Below are positions 12,001 to 23,475 of a stretch of DNA of 64,000 nucleotides, in pieces (position 1 is the stretch's first letter; each line of letters opens with the position of its first letter). The notes below the pieces were generated by a model. The model was not told where the DNA came from. It ran no database searches and saw only the letters and a list, made by a program, of their open reading frames with translations. The translations under genes were made by a program, and so were the position numbers. Origin of the DNA: Macrostomum lignano (lineage: Eukaryota); assembly GCA_002269645.1 (NCBI GenBank), contig NIVC01002490.1, positions 1 through 64,000 of the forward strand, read 5' to 3'.

Positions 12001-15000
12001 CCAGCCTGTCCCAGGCAAGCAGCAACGTCGACTTTAGGATCAATGGCGAGATGACGACGACATCGGAGGTGCGGAGCGGCAACTTGTCCATCCACTACAC
12101 CGATGCTGGGGGCCGGCCCACCGTGATGCAATCTGTGGTTGAGCTCAGCTCCAGCGCGCTTCGCGTTGACCTGGTCCTGCCAACTAAACGATGCAGCCTC
12201 GAGCTAAAGAAGACAGTGAAACTGGGAGCAACAACTTACACCGCGAAGACTCACGGACAGAAACTGGAAGTCCGCGTCTCCAGTCAGCCAGATCTTCAAC
12301 TAATCTACGAGCCCAGGGAGAATGACCGATTTTCCGCTGCCCTCGGATACGCCGACGACTGGCACCTAAGGGCGGACGTGCACCGAGTGACTAACCAGGT
12401 GAAGATGCAGCAACTGCTGGCTCAGGTCCAGCTAAAGTCCCGGAACCTCATGAAAGTGAAGCTGCACTGGAATCCCACAAGCAGTCTGCTCCGCTATGCC
12501 GCTCTGCGCGAAAGCCTGCCAGCGCTGCTCAACGACGGCCGAGCCCTGATGGCGTCTATGAAGGCCTCCTGTGTGTACGAAATCCTGGCGCAGGTTCGCA
12601 ACGATCTCATCCTGCCCGACCTATCGAGCGCCGCTAACAGTGTAGCTCAGGAGCTGGAACCCCTGCGTCGGGACCTCGGCTACATGAACGCTCAGTTCCG
12701 AGACATGTACATCCGAAACGAATTCTACAGCCGCGACATTTACGAAGCCGTCAGAGAAGTCACTCGCGCCGTGGTATCCAGAATTGTGGGAGCCGCACAG
12801 AGCGCGATGGACGCCTACTCAGCCTACGTCCACCCGCATGTCGTCAGTGCAGCCAACCGCATCGCCAGCCACGCCAGCCGTTGCTATGGACACGCCACTC
12901 GAGTCTACGCCGTCTATCAACACCACCGGGACCGTCTCTACCGCAAGGTGAACGGGCACGCGCTGCGCTTCATCAACAGCGCCGTGGACGGCATTCGACC
13001 CGCTCTGGACGCGGCGCACAGCGGCTACCAGCGATTTGCCGCGGTCAACCCGCTTAGCGGCAGCGCGGCGACCCTTGGCGACCTCCGTATGCGCGTGGCG
13101 CGCTCGGTCAGCGAGGTCAACTACGAGGCATTCAACTTGCTGCACTCCGACATCCGCGAGCAGGTGCTGACAGCCCACCGGTCCATCGAGGCCAGCATTG
13201 GCCGAGCTTCGGACAGCGCAGCCGTGATGATCACCTCCGCGAAGGCACGGGTCAGGCACCACGTGAATCGCATGGTAGGCGACGGACTGCTCAGTTCCAT
13301 GGCTTCTGGCGCCTACACGCAGTCTAGATGGTTCCTGGACCACTTCAACATCGAGCAGAATTTGAAAGACTTCGCCAGAGACAACTATCTCCAGGGTGTG
13401 GAGTACCTGAGACAGAACACCATCGGCTTGGCAACTGACTATTTGGGCCTGTCCAAGAATGCCATCATTGAGAACAACTTCAAGCAAGGAAAGTTCGAAG
13501 CGCACTTTTATTCGCCTATGAAGTGGAAAGATCTGAAGACGCCGCCCTCATCCGGCCTGGAAGAAGTGCAGGGACGGCTGGAAAACAGCTACAAGTCGGC
13601 CCGGAACTCCTTCAACACCGTGCGACGAAAGCTGACGGCCGTGCGCGATGTGGTGTACGACTCCATCCCGGACTTCGACATGCCCTCCGGCTCGTGGATC
13701 CCCAAGTTCAAGGGCGTCGCCTCCGTGATCGGCGACCACTTCGTGACCTTCGATGGACGGCACTTCGACTTCCGAGGCAGCGGCGAGTGCGGCTACCTGC
13801 TCGCCAGGGACTTCCGCGGCAGGGGCTGGGCGGTCGGCCTGACCTACGGCCGGTCCGGCAAGAGCCTCGACATCTTCGCCTACGGCAAGCGCATCCGGGT
13901 GACGCCGCGCCTGCACGTGCTGGTCGATGGAGCTCAGCAGGAGCTGCCGCTCAACATTGGCGACTTGAGCATCGTCCGGACTGGCTCGGGACTGCGGGCG
14001 AAGGACCTCGGCCATCTGTTCACCATCACCGTGGACCCCGAGGCCGACACGCACACGGTCAGCGTGTCCGGCTGGTACCACGGTCGGCTGGGCGGCCTGT
14101 TCGGCAACTTCGACAACGAGCCGTTCAACGACCTGATCAGCAGCAGGGGCCGACGCTCCGACGCGGTTCTGGACTTCACCGGCTCGTGGAGACTGGGCGC
14201 GTGCCGGCACGCTAACCTAGCCAGCATCATCAAGGTGCCTGAGCGAGTTCACACAGACTGTCTGGACCTGTTTGAGTCTCCGCGCTCGTCCCCATTCCGT
14301 CGCTGCTACTCCTTCGTGGACCCGGCGCCGTTCCGGGACATCTGCGCTCAGGAGCGCCGCACAGGTGGCGCACAGCAAGTGTGCCGCGCCGCCGTCGCCT
14401 ACATCCGCCACTGCGACGCCAAGGGACTTCGCGGACTGCGGGCCCCGGCCAAGTGTCTGAGCTGCAACACACGCGGCGATGGCTACCGGCAGCTGGCGCT
14501 CGGCCAGAGCCACCGCCTGCGGGCGCCGGACGCAGTCGCGGCCGACATCGTGCTGGTGCTGGAGGAGCGCGGCTGCATCGGCCGGGAGACCCTGCGCCGG
14601 CTTCCGCGGCTGGTCGCCCAGGTGAAGAGCAGCCTGAGCACGAGCGGCGTGTCGGACATCCGGTTCGGCCTGCTGGGCTTCGGCAACCCGGCGCACCTGC
14701 GCGGCAAGGCGGTGGCCACGGAGCGCAGCCGGCCGCACTGGCACACCCTGGCCGGCGAGCTCATGGGATCCGAGGAGCAGCTCCTGCGCGCGCTGGACGC
14801 CGTTGAGACGCACAACACCGCCGATGCCAGCGTCGATGGGGCCAGAGGCTCCGACGCTCTCGAGGCCGTGCGTCTGGCCGCTCGACTCGGCGAGCTTCGG
14901 CCAGAGGCGTCGCGTCACGTGATCCTGGTGGCGTGCGATGAGTGCCACGAGGGCCGCCGCACTCTGCAGTCGGTCCGGCAGTCGCTGCTCGAGTCCGGCG

Positions 15001-15386
15001 TCCGGCTGCACCTGCTGACTGAGGAGGCCATGCCGACCTACTTCTTCGGCCGCAGATCGCAGGCGTTCGGCGTCGACTCCGGCAAGGCCTTCTCGCTGGA
15101 GTCGCCGGAGGGCAGCGCCGAGCTGCACGGCTTCACCCGCCGGCCCGCCGGCAAGTGCGGCCGGCTCGCTGCCGAGTCGGGCGGCTCCGTCTTCGACCTG
15201 CGCTTCCTGCGACGGCGGCAGTACGCGGGCGGCCGGGCCGAGCTGTTCGGCCGGGTCTTCGCCGACCGTCTGGCGGCCGAGGTGGCGGCCGAGTCGGCCA
15301 GCGGACTGTCCGGGGGCTTCCAGGAGTGCCGCTGTTCGGCCAGCGGCTGCGGCACCCGCGGACGCCGGACCTGTCGTCCGCTGTGA
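2..15386 (+). CDS. Giant large lipid transfer protein (apolipophorin/ApoB/apoLTP-like), 5'-partial, intronless within the window; C-terminal VWD-C8-VWA
   Basis: ORFs 736..2982 and 2919..15386 plus the frames upstream join into one ~5,129-aa protein if one A is added at each of 118-119, 200-201, 509-510, 593-594 and 2917-2918. Most of it is amphipathic beta-strand sequence, followed by an amphipathic helical region (~12480-13660), a VWD domain (FKGVASVIGDHFVTFDGRHFDFRG...CGYLLARDF, ~13707-14190), a Cys-rich C8 domain (~14250-14460) and a VWA-like domain (ADIVLVLEE...DIRFGLLGFG, ~14530-15250). Stop TGA at 15384-15386. The N-terminal vitellogenin domain is not seen and should lie upstream of the window. 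Confidence 0.85.
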
Positions 15387-16057
15387 AGGTCACGTGACAT
15401 GGGGACTTTCGTCCCCCACCTGACTGCATAGGGATTGGCAAACGTTTTCTTTTTAAACAGACAATTCAAGACATTTTCGCTTCATTTTTGTGTCATTATT
15501 TTGACCTCAGTGCGAGCGCGGTGGGACAGGTCGGTGGCTGCAATAATAGTTAGCAAAGTAGTTAACAATAGTCAAGTCTCAGAAACCAGGGCTGAAATTA
15601 TCATTCCTGACTTGTCCCAGCTGGTCTCTGCTCTGAATTACAGCATTAATTATTAAATCATGAATCATAAATTCACTGATTCCACATGCAATCAATCCGT
15701 CTGATGCGCCCCAATTTAATTCGATAATTATTTTCCCACATGGGAAGTTACCTCGCTGTCTCCGTTTCGTTCTTTTGAAAGTAAAAAAGAATTTTTTTTC
15801 TTCAAAATAGTGACAAAAAAGTTGTCAAAGCCGAGATACACAGTTATTGCCTTCTCCACTTTCAGGTGTAAAGTGCATCGGACCCAATAAACAAAATCGA
15901 GCAGTTCAAGGGCAACCAGAGTTGATTCCCATTTCAATAAACGATTTCGCTTCGCAAGCTCATTTTTGATCGTCAATTTTTTGTTTTACAATATTTTGTG
16001 ATAAACTGAATAACTAATTTCTGTAGGGTTACTATCGCTGTGATACAAATCACTTTT

Positions 16058-16555
16058 TGCAAAGATCCACAAAGATCCACAGAGATCCACAAAGTTCCAC
16101 AAAGATCCACAAAGATCCACAAAGATCCACAGAGATCCACAAAGTTCCACAAAGATCCACAAAGATCCACAAAGTTCCACAAAGATCCACAATGAGCCAC
16201 AAAGATCCACAAAGATTCACAAAGATCCACAAAGATCCACAAAGATCCACAAAGATCCACAAAGAGCTACAAAGATCCACAAAGATCCACAAAGTTCCAC
16301 AAAGATCCACAAAGTTCCACAAAGATCCACAAAGTTCCACAAAGATCCACAAAGATCCACAATGAGCCACAGAGATCCACAAAGATTCACAAAGATCCAC
16401 AAAGAGCCACAAAGATCCACAAAGATCCACAAAGATCCACAAAGATCCACAAAGAGCTACAAAGATCCACAAAGATCCACAAAGATCCACAAAGATCCAC
16501 AAAGATCCACAAAGTTCCACAACGATCCACAAAGATCCACAAAGATTCACAAAGA
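16058..16555. repeat. Minisatellite, 10-bp unit AAAGATCCAC (~50 copies)
   Basis: Tandem unit read directly, with AAAGTTCCAC, AAAGAGCTAC and AATGAGCCAC variants. Confidence 0.97.
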
Positions 16556-17379
16556 TATTTCACACCTTGGCAGCCTCTAATAACCTGTGTTCGAAAAGTT
16601 TAAAAAAAATTATTGCTTTTTTAAGCTAAAAAAAACAAACCACATTTTCGAACTAATGAGACTACTATAAGTAAGCTTTCGTGCCGTATAGTTGGCAAAA
16701 TGCTCGCCAACAGCTTGTCATCAGGGTAGTCAGCTTCTTGGGATTGAATATGCGTCCGCGATGCAGTCAAAGGGCTACGAGTCAGCCTCAGGAACGACTC
16801 TCTCAGATTGCAGACAGCCGATGCTTATCGATTTTATGAACAAGGGGCAGAGGGAATAACGAGTTCAGGTCACGTGATGCTGCGCTGTGGCTCATGGAGG
16901 ACTGATGCTTTCTGCTTTTAGCATCACTTTTCTCAGAATAATGACAATACAATGTCGAAACCTTGTAATTTTATTACTACTAGATTATTGAACACATTTT
17001 AGTTGGCATTTTTCATATAATACTATTATTAGTAAGAAATCAAGTAGAAGTTCGGTATTATTGATACTATACATGTGTATAAATGTTTAAAAAACTTTAT
17101 ACAACTAATCTCTCCTTCCCTCTCGTTCTCACAATAATCGTATCACACTATTCACACTTTCACGTTGAAACAGCTACTGCTTTCACAATATTCGTAACAA
17201 CCGAAACCCCCTTTCTTCACGGTTTTGAAAATATTCAAATTACATAACTCCGATACTGATCGCATTTACGAGTATCACAAGTGTCTGTTTAAATTCATCT
17301 ATAACCAATGGTTCGATCCACCACGAAATGTTCAGATCTGTTCAAGCAGCTCAAACGATAACGCTTCCCTTGTGAAAAT

Positions 17380-17419
17380 CTAACCCTAACCCTAACCCCA
17401 ACTCTAACCCTACCCTAAC
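17380..17419. repeat. Short degenerate interstitial telomeric tract (CCCTAA)n
   Basis: ctaaccctaaccctaaccccaactctaaccctaccctaac: about 6 units, 3-4 of them perfect. Confidence 0.7.
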
Positions 17420-17699
17420 GGAGAGACAATGGCAGGAGCACACACAATGACTCCAGCAATTTCTCAAACTCTCACAATTTGGGGCAGGAGGCAGGGAATT
17501 GCGGAGTCGCGAGCTTCCGCCTCAAAACCATTGGCCTGCTTGGGTGGAGCCTGCAGGGGCCGGAGCTGCTCTCGCAGTTGTCTTGAGCAGGCATGGAGGA
17601 GAGACAGACATGAAGCAGAAATGCATTTCAGCTGTACTCAAGAGCGCCCCACTCCCTCTCTGATTCGCTGTGCGGGTCCGGGCTGTGCGGGCATCGCGG

Positions 17700-17953
17700 C
17701 TTGATGGAGCGAAATCCTGGGGATTCTGGACGGCCAAATCCCGCCCCAACCCACAAATGCTTCTCCTCCACCCCTTTCTCCCACCTCATCTTCCGAATTG
17801 AGGCGGCGCCGGAGAAACCCCGCCCGGCATCCGACATCAAAGGGAGGAAAGCAAACTAGAGGAGCTCTTCTGGATTCGGCCTCTCCGAGCAGCGACTCGG
17901 AACTGATAAAGAAATTCTAAACTGGTAGCTGTGAGCACTGCCGACTCGAGCAG
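17700..17953 (+). other. Probable non-coding 5'UTR exon of the neurensin-like gene (5' boundary uncertain)
   Basis: GC-rich unique sequence ending in the strong donor CAG|GTGAGC (17953/17954), which pairs with the acceptor CCTCCTCGCGCAG| at 19404. An in-frame TAA at 17918-17920 with no ATG after it makes the exon non-coding. Confidence 0.45.
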
Positions 17954-18044
17954 GTGAGCCCGGTTCACCAGTGACTTGCGGAACTCGTGTGCAGATTATT
18001 CATAGTTCATTCGTCTAGCGCAGTGCGGCTGTAAACTATAATAT

Positions 18045-18545
18045 GAGATCTCCTTCACCCTCTCTACCTCTCTGGCCCCATCTCCCCTCTCATCCCATCT
18101 CCCTCTCACCCCATCATCTCACTCTCACCGATCTCTCCCTCTCACCTCATCTCTCAATCTCACCCATCTCCCTCTCACCCCATCATCTCACTCTCACCGA
18201 TCTCTCCCTCTCACCTCATCTCTCAATCTCACCCATCTCCCTCTCACCCCATCATCTCACTCTCACCCATCTCTCAATCTCACTCCGTCTCTCAATCTCA
18301 CCCCATCTCTCAATCTCACCCCATCTCTCAATCTCACTCCGTCTCTCAATCTCACCCCATCTCTCAATCTCACCCCATCTCTCAATCTCACTCCGTCTCT
18401 CAATCTCACCCCATCTCTCAATCTTACCCCATCTCTCAATCTCACTCCGTCTCTCATTCTCACCCCGTCTCTCATTCTCACCCCATCTCTCCCTCTGACC
18501 CCATCTCTCCTTCTCACCCTATCTCTATCCCCACCCCATCTCACC
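18045..18545. repeat. Pyrimidine-rich minisatellite, ~18-bp unit CTCTCAATCTCACCCCAT
   Basis: Tandem unit read directly. Confidence 0.93.
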
Positions 18546-19034
18546 ATCTTGTACGAGCTTGCATACCGATGAGCCACTCTGTGCCACTGCACAGCAGTCT
18601 TGCGTGTCAGCGCCAGCACTACCAGTGCTAAATACTTTTCCCCAGTTGCTGGGGACACAGACAGGCATGGATCTCCCATTGGAAGCATTTAGAATTTTCT
18701 CATCCTCTCAAGTGATCGATATGAAACTGCGCGTCTGTTGAAGTGGCCATTCAAAGCTCCAGAAGTGCGCTGTTAGCGAGGCCCGATGGGAGAAGCTCAT
18801 CAACTGCTCGGGAGCAAAAATACTGTTGCCTGCGAGGCAGCAGAAGCAGAAGACTGCTCGAGTAACCCGGGACACACCTGAAGAGGTCAAGAAAATCAGG
18901 CATCGAAGAATTCATTCCAGAGCATTCTTAAGGCGGTGCAACTTTCAGACAATTTTTTCAAAACATTTCCATCAAGAATGACTTGAAAATACGAGTACAG
19001 TTGGCCCAGAAGTGTACGTATAGTACTTTTGTAG

Positions 19035-19372
19035 AAGTGTCAGACGAATCCTAAAAGTGTCAGACGAATCCTAGAAATTTCAGACGAATCCTAGAAGTGT
19101 CGGATAAACCTTGACAGAAGTTTCAGGCGAATCCCAGTAGTGTCAGACGAATCCAAGTCGTGTCAGACGAATCCAAGTAGTGTCAGACGAATCCAAGTAG
19201 TGTCAGACGAATTCTAGAAGTGTCAAATGAATCCGTAAAGTGTCAGGTAAACCTTGACAGAAGTGTCAGGCGAATCCCAGTAGTGTCAGACGAATCCTAG
19301 AAGTGTCAGACGAATCCCAGTAGTGTCAGACGAGTCCCAGTAGTGTCAGACGAATCCTAGAAGTGTTAGACG
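19035..19372. repeat. Minisatellite, 20-bp unit AGTGTCAGACGAATCCAAGT
   Basis: Tandem unit read directly. Confidence 0.93.
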
Positions 19373-19431
19373 ACCCGCAATGCAACTCCAACCTCCTCGC
19401 GCAGGCCCAGCAGCAGCCTCGGCAGTCAGGA

Positions 19432-20190
19432 ATGTCGGACGCCACACCGCAGGCTGCGGCCGAGGCCTCCTCCAAGCCCCAGCCGCCGCCGAGGCCCAAG
19501 GTGAAATCCTACCTGCACAAGTTCTACTGCGGCGGCGGCGGCGCTGGCGGAAGCGGCGGCCTTGACGAGGGCGCGGCGCCTCCAGCCGATGCGGCCACCG
19601 TCGATGCCAGCGACGAGATGCGACGCCTGCTGGCGAGCGGCGGCGGCAAGCAGCGGCGGGGCTGCCACCTGCGGCCGATCGTGTGGAAGGCGATGCTGTG
19701 GATCGGCATCAACTGCCTGATCTTCGGCGCCCTCGGCCTCGCCATCGCCTTCTTCCTGCCGCACGAGCCGGAGCTCGTTGAGCTGCCCGGAGTCCAGGGC
19801 TTCGTGCGCAGCCGCACCAACCAGGAGTGGAACCGGAGCGCCAATGTGCTGAAGTACGTCGCTCTCGGCGTCTTCAGCGTTGGCGCGGTCGTCACCGCCG
19901 TCGGGCTGATCCTGCCGTCGCTGGTGTGGCGGCTGTTTGATGAGGACGAGCAGCTGAACTCGGCGACGGACCCGGCGCAGGCGGGGGCGGAGGGGGGCCA
20001 AGCGCAGCGGAGGCTTCGGCGGCTGCTGCAGCGACCGCCGCTGGCCGGGCTGTCGGGCAAGACCGTCTCCACCCGGATGGCGCCGTCCGCCGCTGCCGCC
20101 GCTCCAGCAGAGGTCGAGGAGAAGCCGGTGCAGCCGCCGAGGAGCCCCGTGGAGGGTCACGTGACTCGGGGTCAGATCCAGGTCAATTGA
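19432..20190 (+). CDS. NRSN: Neurensin-like membrane protein (252 aa)
   Basis: The VKSYLHKFY motif matches neurensin VRSYLHQFY. It is followed by TM1 (IVWKAMLWIGINCLIFGALGLAIAFFLP) and TM2 (VALGVFSVGAVVTAVGLILP). The first ATG after the acceptor at 19404 is 19432. Codons are strongly GC3-biased. Confidence 0.82.
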   Translation: MSDATPQAAAEASSKPQPPPRPKVKSYLHKFYCGGGGAGGSGGLDEGAAPPADAATVDASDEMRRLLASGGGKQRRGCHLRPIVWKAMLWIGINCLIFGALGLAIAFFLPHEPELVELPGVQGFVRSRTNQEWNRSANVLKYVALGVFSVGAVVTAVGLILPSLVWRLFDEDEQLNSATDPAQAGAEGGQAQRRLRRLLQRPPLAGLSGKTVSTRMAPSAAAAAPAEVEEKPVQPPRSPVEGHVTRGQIQVN

Positions 20191-20734
20191 GGTCAAACGA
20201 GGTCAACTGAAGTCAACTAAGGCCAACAGACTGAGGACTGGCCCCATAAATGGCTACAAAAAATAAAAAAGCAAACGACATCATACCGTTGTTGGCTCCT
20301 CTTCTAGGAGCAAAATTGGCATGCACAAAAAAAAAGTTCCCGAACAGAGTTGCTGTGTGTTTACTCATTTTCTAAATTTAGTGGTACCTAGCTCCACAAG
20401 CAATCACTAATGGATTTATGCAAAGCTAAGGCTAGTTAACGAGGACAAAAATTGAATTAGGGTGGACCCTGCTGACTCTCCCATTGTTCCACTTGTTTGG
20501 GAGGCTGATTGAGAAAAATTGCAATGCTCCAACGCAACCCAGGGGGAACAGTGAGGTTAGTGGAGGCCAAAAAAGACTGATAAACAATGACAGAGCCAAG
20601 TCGTGAATAAAGCACGTGATAGAAGTGCTTTAGACAAAGTGTGACAGTCCTTGACAGCATAAAACAATATTTATCCGGCAAGAATAAACCAGAAGAGAAA
20701 ATTAACGAGACATAACAAAAAACTAACAAAGACA

Positions 20735-21260
20735 GTGAGAGAATCAGGTTGAGACGGTGAGTGAGAATCAGAGTGATACAGTGAGTGAGAATCAGAGTGA
20801 GACAGTGAGTGAGAATCAGAGTGAGACAGTGAGTGAGAATCAGAGTGAGACAGTGAGTGAGAATCAGAGTGAGACAGTGAGTGAGAATCAGAGTGAGACA
20901 GTGAGTGAGAATCAGAGTGAGACAGTGAGTGAGAATCAGAGTGAGACAGTGAGTGAGAATCAGAGTGAGACAGTGAGTGAGAATCAGAGTGAGACAGTGA
21001 GTGAGAATCAGAGTGAGACAGAGTGAGAAACTATAGGTGAGACAGTCAAAGAGAATCAGGGTGAGACAGTGAGAGAGAGAGAGAGAGTCAGGGTGAGATA
21101 GTGAGAGAGAGTCAGAGTGAGACAGTGAGAGAGACTCAGGGTGAGACAGTGAGAGAATCAGAGTGAGACAGAGTGAGAGAATCAGGTTGAGACAGTGAGA
21201 GAGAATCAGGGTGAGAGACAGTGAGAGAGACTCAGGGAGAATCAGGGTGAGACTCAGCAT
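20735..21260. repeat. Minisatellite, 24-bp unit GTGAGTGAGAATCAGAGTGAGACA with degenerate flanks
   Basis: Tandem unit read directly. Confidence 0.95.
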
Positions 21261-21689
21261 AATTTAATTAGCGAAAGATCTGCTGGTGTCCTGAGGCAGT
21301 ATCAGATATATTAAAACGCGCTTGCGCACTGCACTCATCGATCAGTTGCATCGAAGCTGATGATGAAGGGGATTAAAGTCCCGGAGAGCCGCACCTGGTC
21401 CTAATTAGTCTAATCATAAATCCCCGGGATTTATCGTTCGGCGGATGCGCTTACTGACGCACAGCCTTGTCGAGGCCAAGGAGGAATCACTTCAGAGGTC
21501 ACGGCAGGGTCCCTGTGCAGCAGATGCTCCGTGCTGAGACTATCCGAGCGTAGGGGCAAGAAAATTCGAAAAAGATCGAAAATACGAGTTCTTCTTCTAG
21601 TTCGGGAGATGAGGCAAAATATGAGGGTGAATACGGGAAGGCAAAATTATTGATATGATTGAAAATGAGTAAAGAGATAGGAGTGGAAG

Positions 21690-22365
21690 GTCAAGGGTAG
21701 GGATGAAAATGAAGAGAAAATTTGAAGATGGAGGGAGGAGTGGGAGATAAAGGGAGGAGTGGGAGATAAAGGGAAAGGTTGAAGATGAAGGGAGGAGAGG
21801 GAGATAAAAGTTAGACTGGGAGATGGAGGGGAGGAAGATTAAGGGAGGACTGGGAGATGAATGAAAAAGTGGAAGGGAGGAGTCGAAAATGAAAGGAGTG
21901 TGAGATGAAGGGAGGAGTGAGTGGAAGATGAAGGGAGGAGTGAGAGATAAATGGAGGAGTGAGAGATGAAGGGAGGAGTGGAAGATGAAGGGAGGAGTGA
22001 GAGATGAAGGGAGGAGTGAGAGATGAAAGGAGGAGTGGAAGATGAAGGGAGGAGTGAGAGATGAAGGGAGGAGTGAGAGATGAAGGGAGGAGTGTGAGAT
22101 GAAGGGAGGAGTGAGTGAATGAAGGGAGGAGTGAGAGATGAAGGGAGGAGTCAGTGGATGAAGGGAGGAGTGATAGATAAATGGAGGAGTGAGAGATGAA
22201 GGGAGGAGTGAGAGATGAAGGGAGGAGTGAGTGGATGAAGGGAGGAGTGAGAGATAAATGGAGGAGTGAGAGATGAAGGGAGGAGTGGAAGATGGAGGAG
22301 TGAGAGATAAAGGGAGGGGTGAGAGATAAAGGGAGGAGTGGAAGATGAAGGGAGATGTGGATGAT
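21690..22365. repeat. Purine-rich minisatellite, ~19-bp unit GATGAAGGGAGGAGTGAGA
   Basis: Tandem unit read directly; almost free of C. Confidence 0.93.
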
Positions 22366-22599
22366 GAAGAAAGTGACAGATGAAGCTAATATTTGAAAAT
22401 AAACAAATGAAGCTGAAAATGAGTGGATGCGTAGAAAGGCAAAAACGAAAAACAGTGCCATATCTGTCTGTCATGTGATTAATGGCGCAGGGCTGACAGG
22501 TGCGCTTAGATAGTTTGTGCGTCTGCATAAAATCAATTCCAACTGACAACCATCTGCTACTGCTTTCGAATGCCGCTGCAACTGTACATTGAGTGATGT

Positions 22600-23000
22600 G
22601 GATTCTCAGAAGCAAGTGTACATTAAAGGGTGGATGAGATTCTCAGGAATGAATGTACATTGAAGAGTGGAGGGGATTCCCAGGAGAGTGTGCAACAAAT
22701 GGTAGAGATTTCCAGGAGCGAGTGTACATTGAAGGGTGGAGGGGATTCCCAGGAGTGAGTGTGGGTGGAGGGGATTCCCAGGAGTGAGTGTGGGTGGAGG
22801 GGATTCCCAGAAGTGAGTGTACATTGAAGAGTAGAGGGGATTTCCAGGAGCGAGTGTACATTGAAGGGTGGAGGGGATTCCCAGGAGCGAGGGTACATTG
22901 AAGAGTAGAGGGGATTTCCAGGAGCGAGTGTACATTGAAAGGTGGAGGGGATTCTCAGGAACGAGTGAGTGTACATTAAAGGGTGAAGGGGAATCTCAGC
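22600..23000. repeat. Minisatellite, ~25-41-bp unit with core GAGTGTACATTGAAGGGTGGAGGGGATTCCCAGGA
   Basis: Tandem unit read directly; related to the adjacent 30-bp array. Confidence 0.88.
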
Positions 23001-23475
23001 AACCAAAAAGATTCCACAAAAAAGACTAGCACGTCAATATGCTTGCAACTTGTATTTGCATATACTCGTAGAATGCACGAAATGTCACTTAGCCGGCAAT
23101 AAGAAATAATGATAATAAACGAATTTATTTTAGATTATCATTTAGTTAATTGGACTGAAAAACTAATCATACAATAATTAATGAAATCGTAAATTTAAAC
23201 AGAAATGAGAATGATACCAGTTATTTTAATAATTTTTGCACAGCAAAGGGAAGCCAATAAATTTGGAGAAAAAGTTACAATTAAAATTTGAAAAGATCAC
23301 AAAATGATCAAATCAAGAAAATGATTCAGTAAAACAAAAAAGCAACTTCTAAAACGCACTGGCAGTGAAAACTGCCTGTGTACCCGTGCTAAATTACAGA
23401 TAAATTATTTCAGTTTAGCTGCATAAAACTTGTACGCTATGGAACATGAATGATAGCTGAGAATTATTTAAACTG

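Noticed and set aside
12819-15469. Long antisense and alternate-frame ORFs over the LLTP 3' end (e.g. 14217..15128, 13548..14210, 13523..14215)
   Set aside because: These are shadows of GC3-rich coding sequence, with no recognisable domains.
19426-20196. 256-aa and 182-aa minus-strand ORFs opposite neurensin
   Set aside because: Antisense shadows of a GC-rich CDS.
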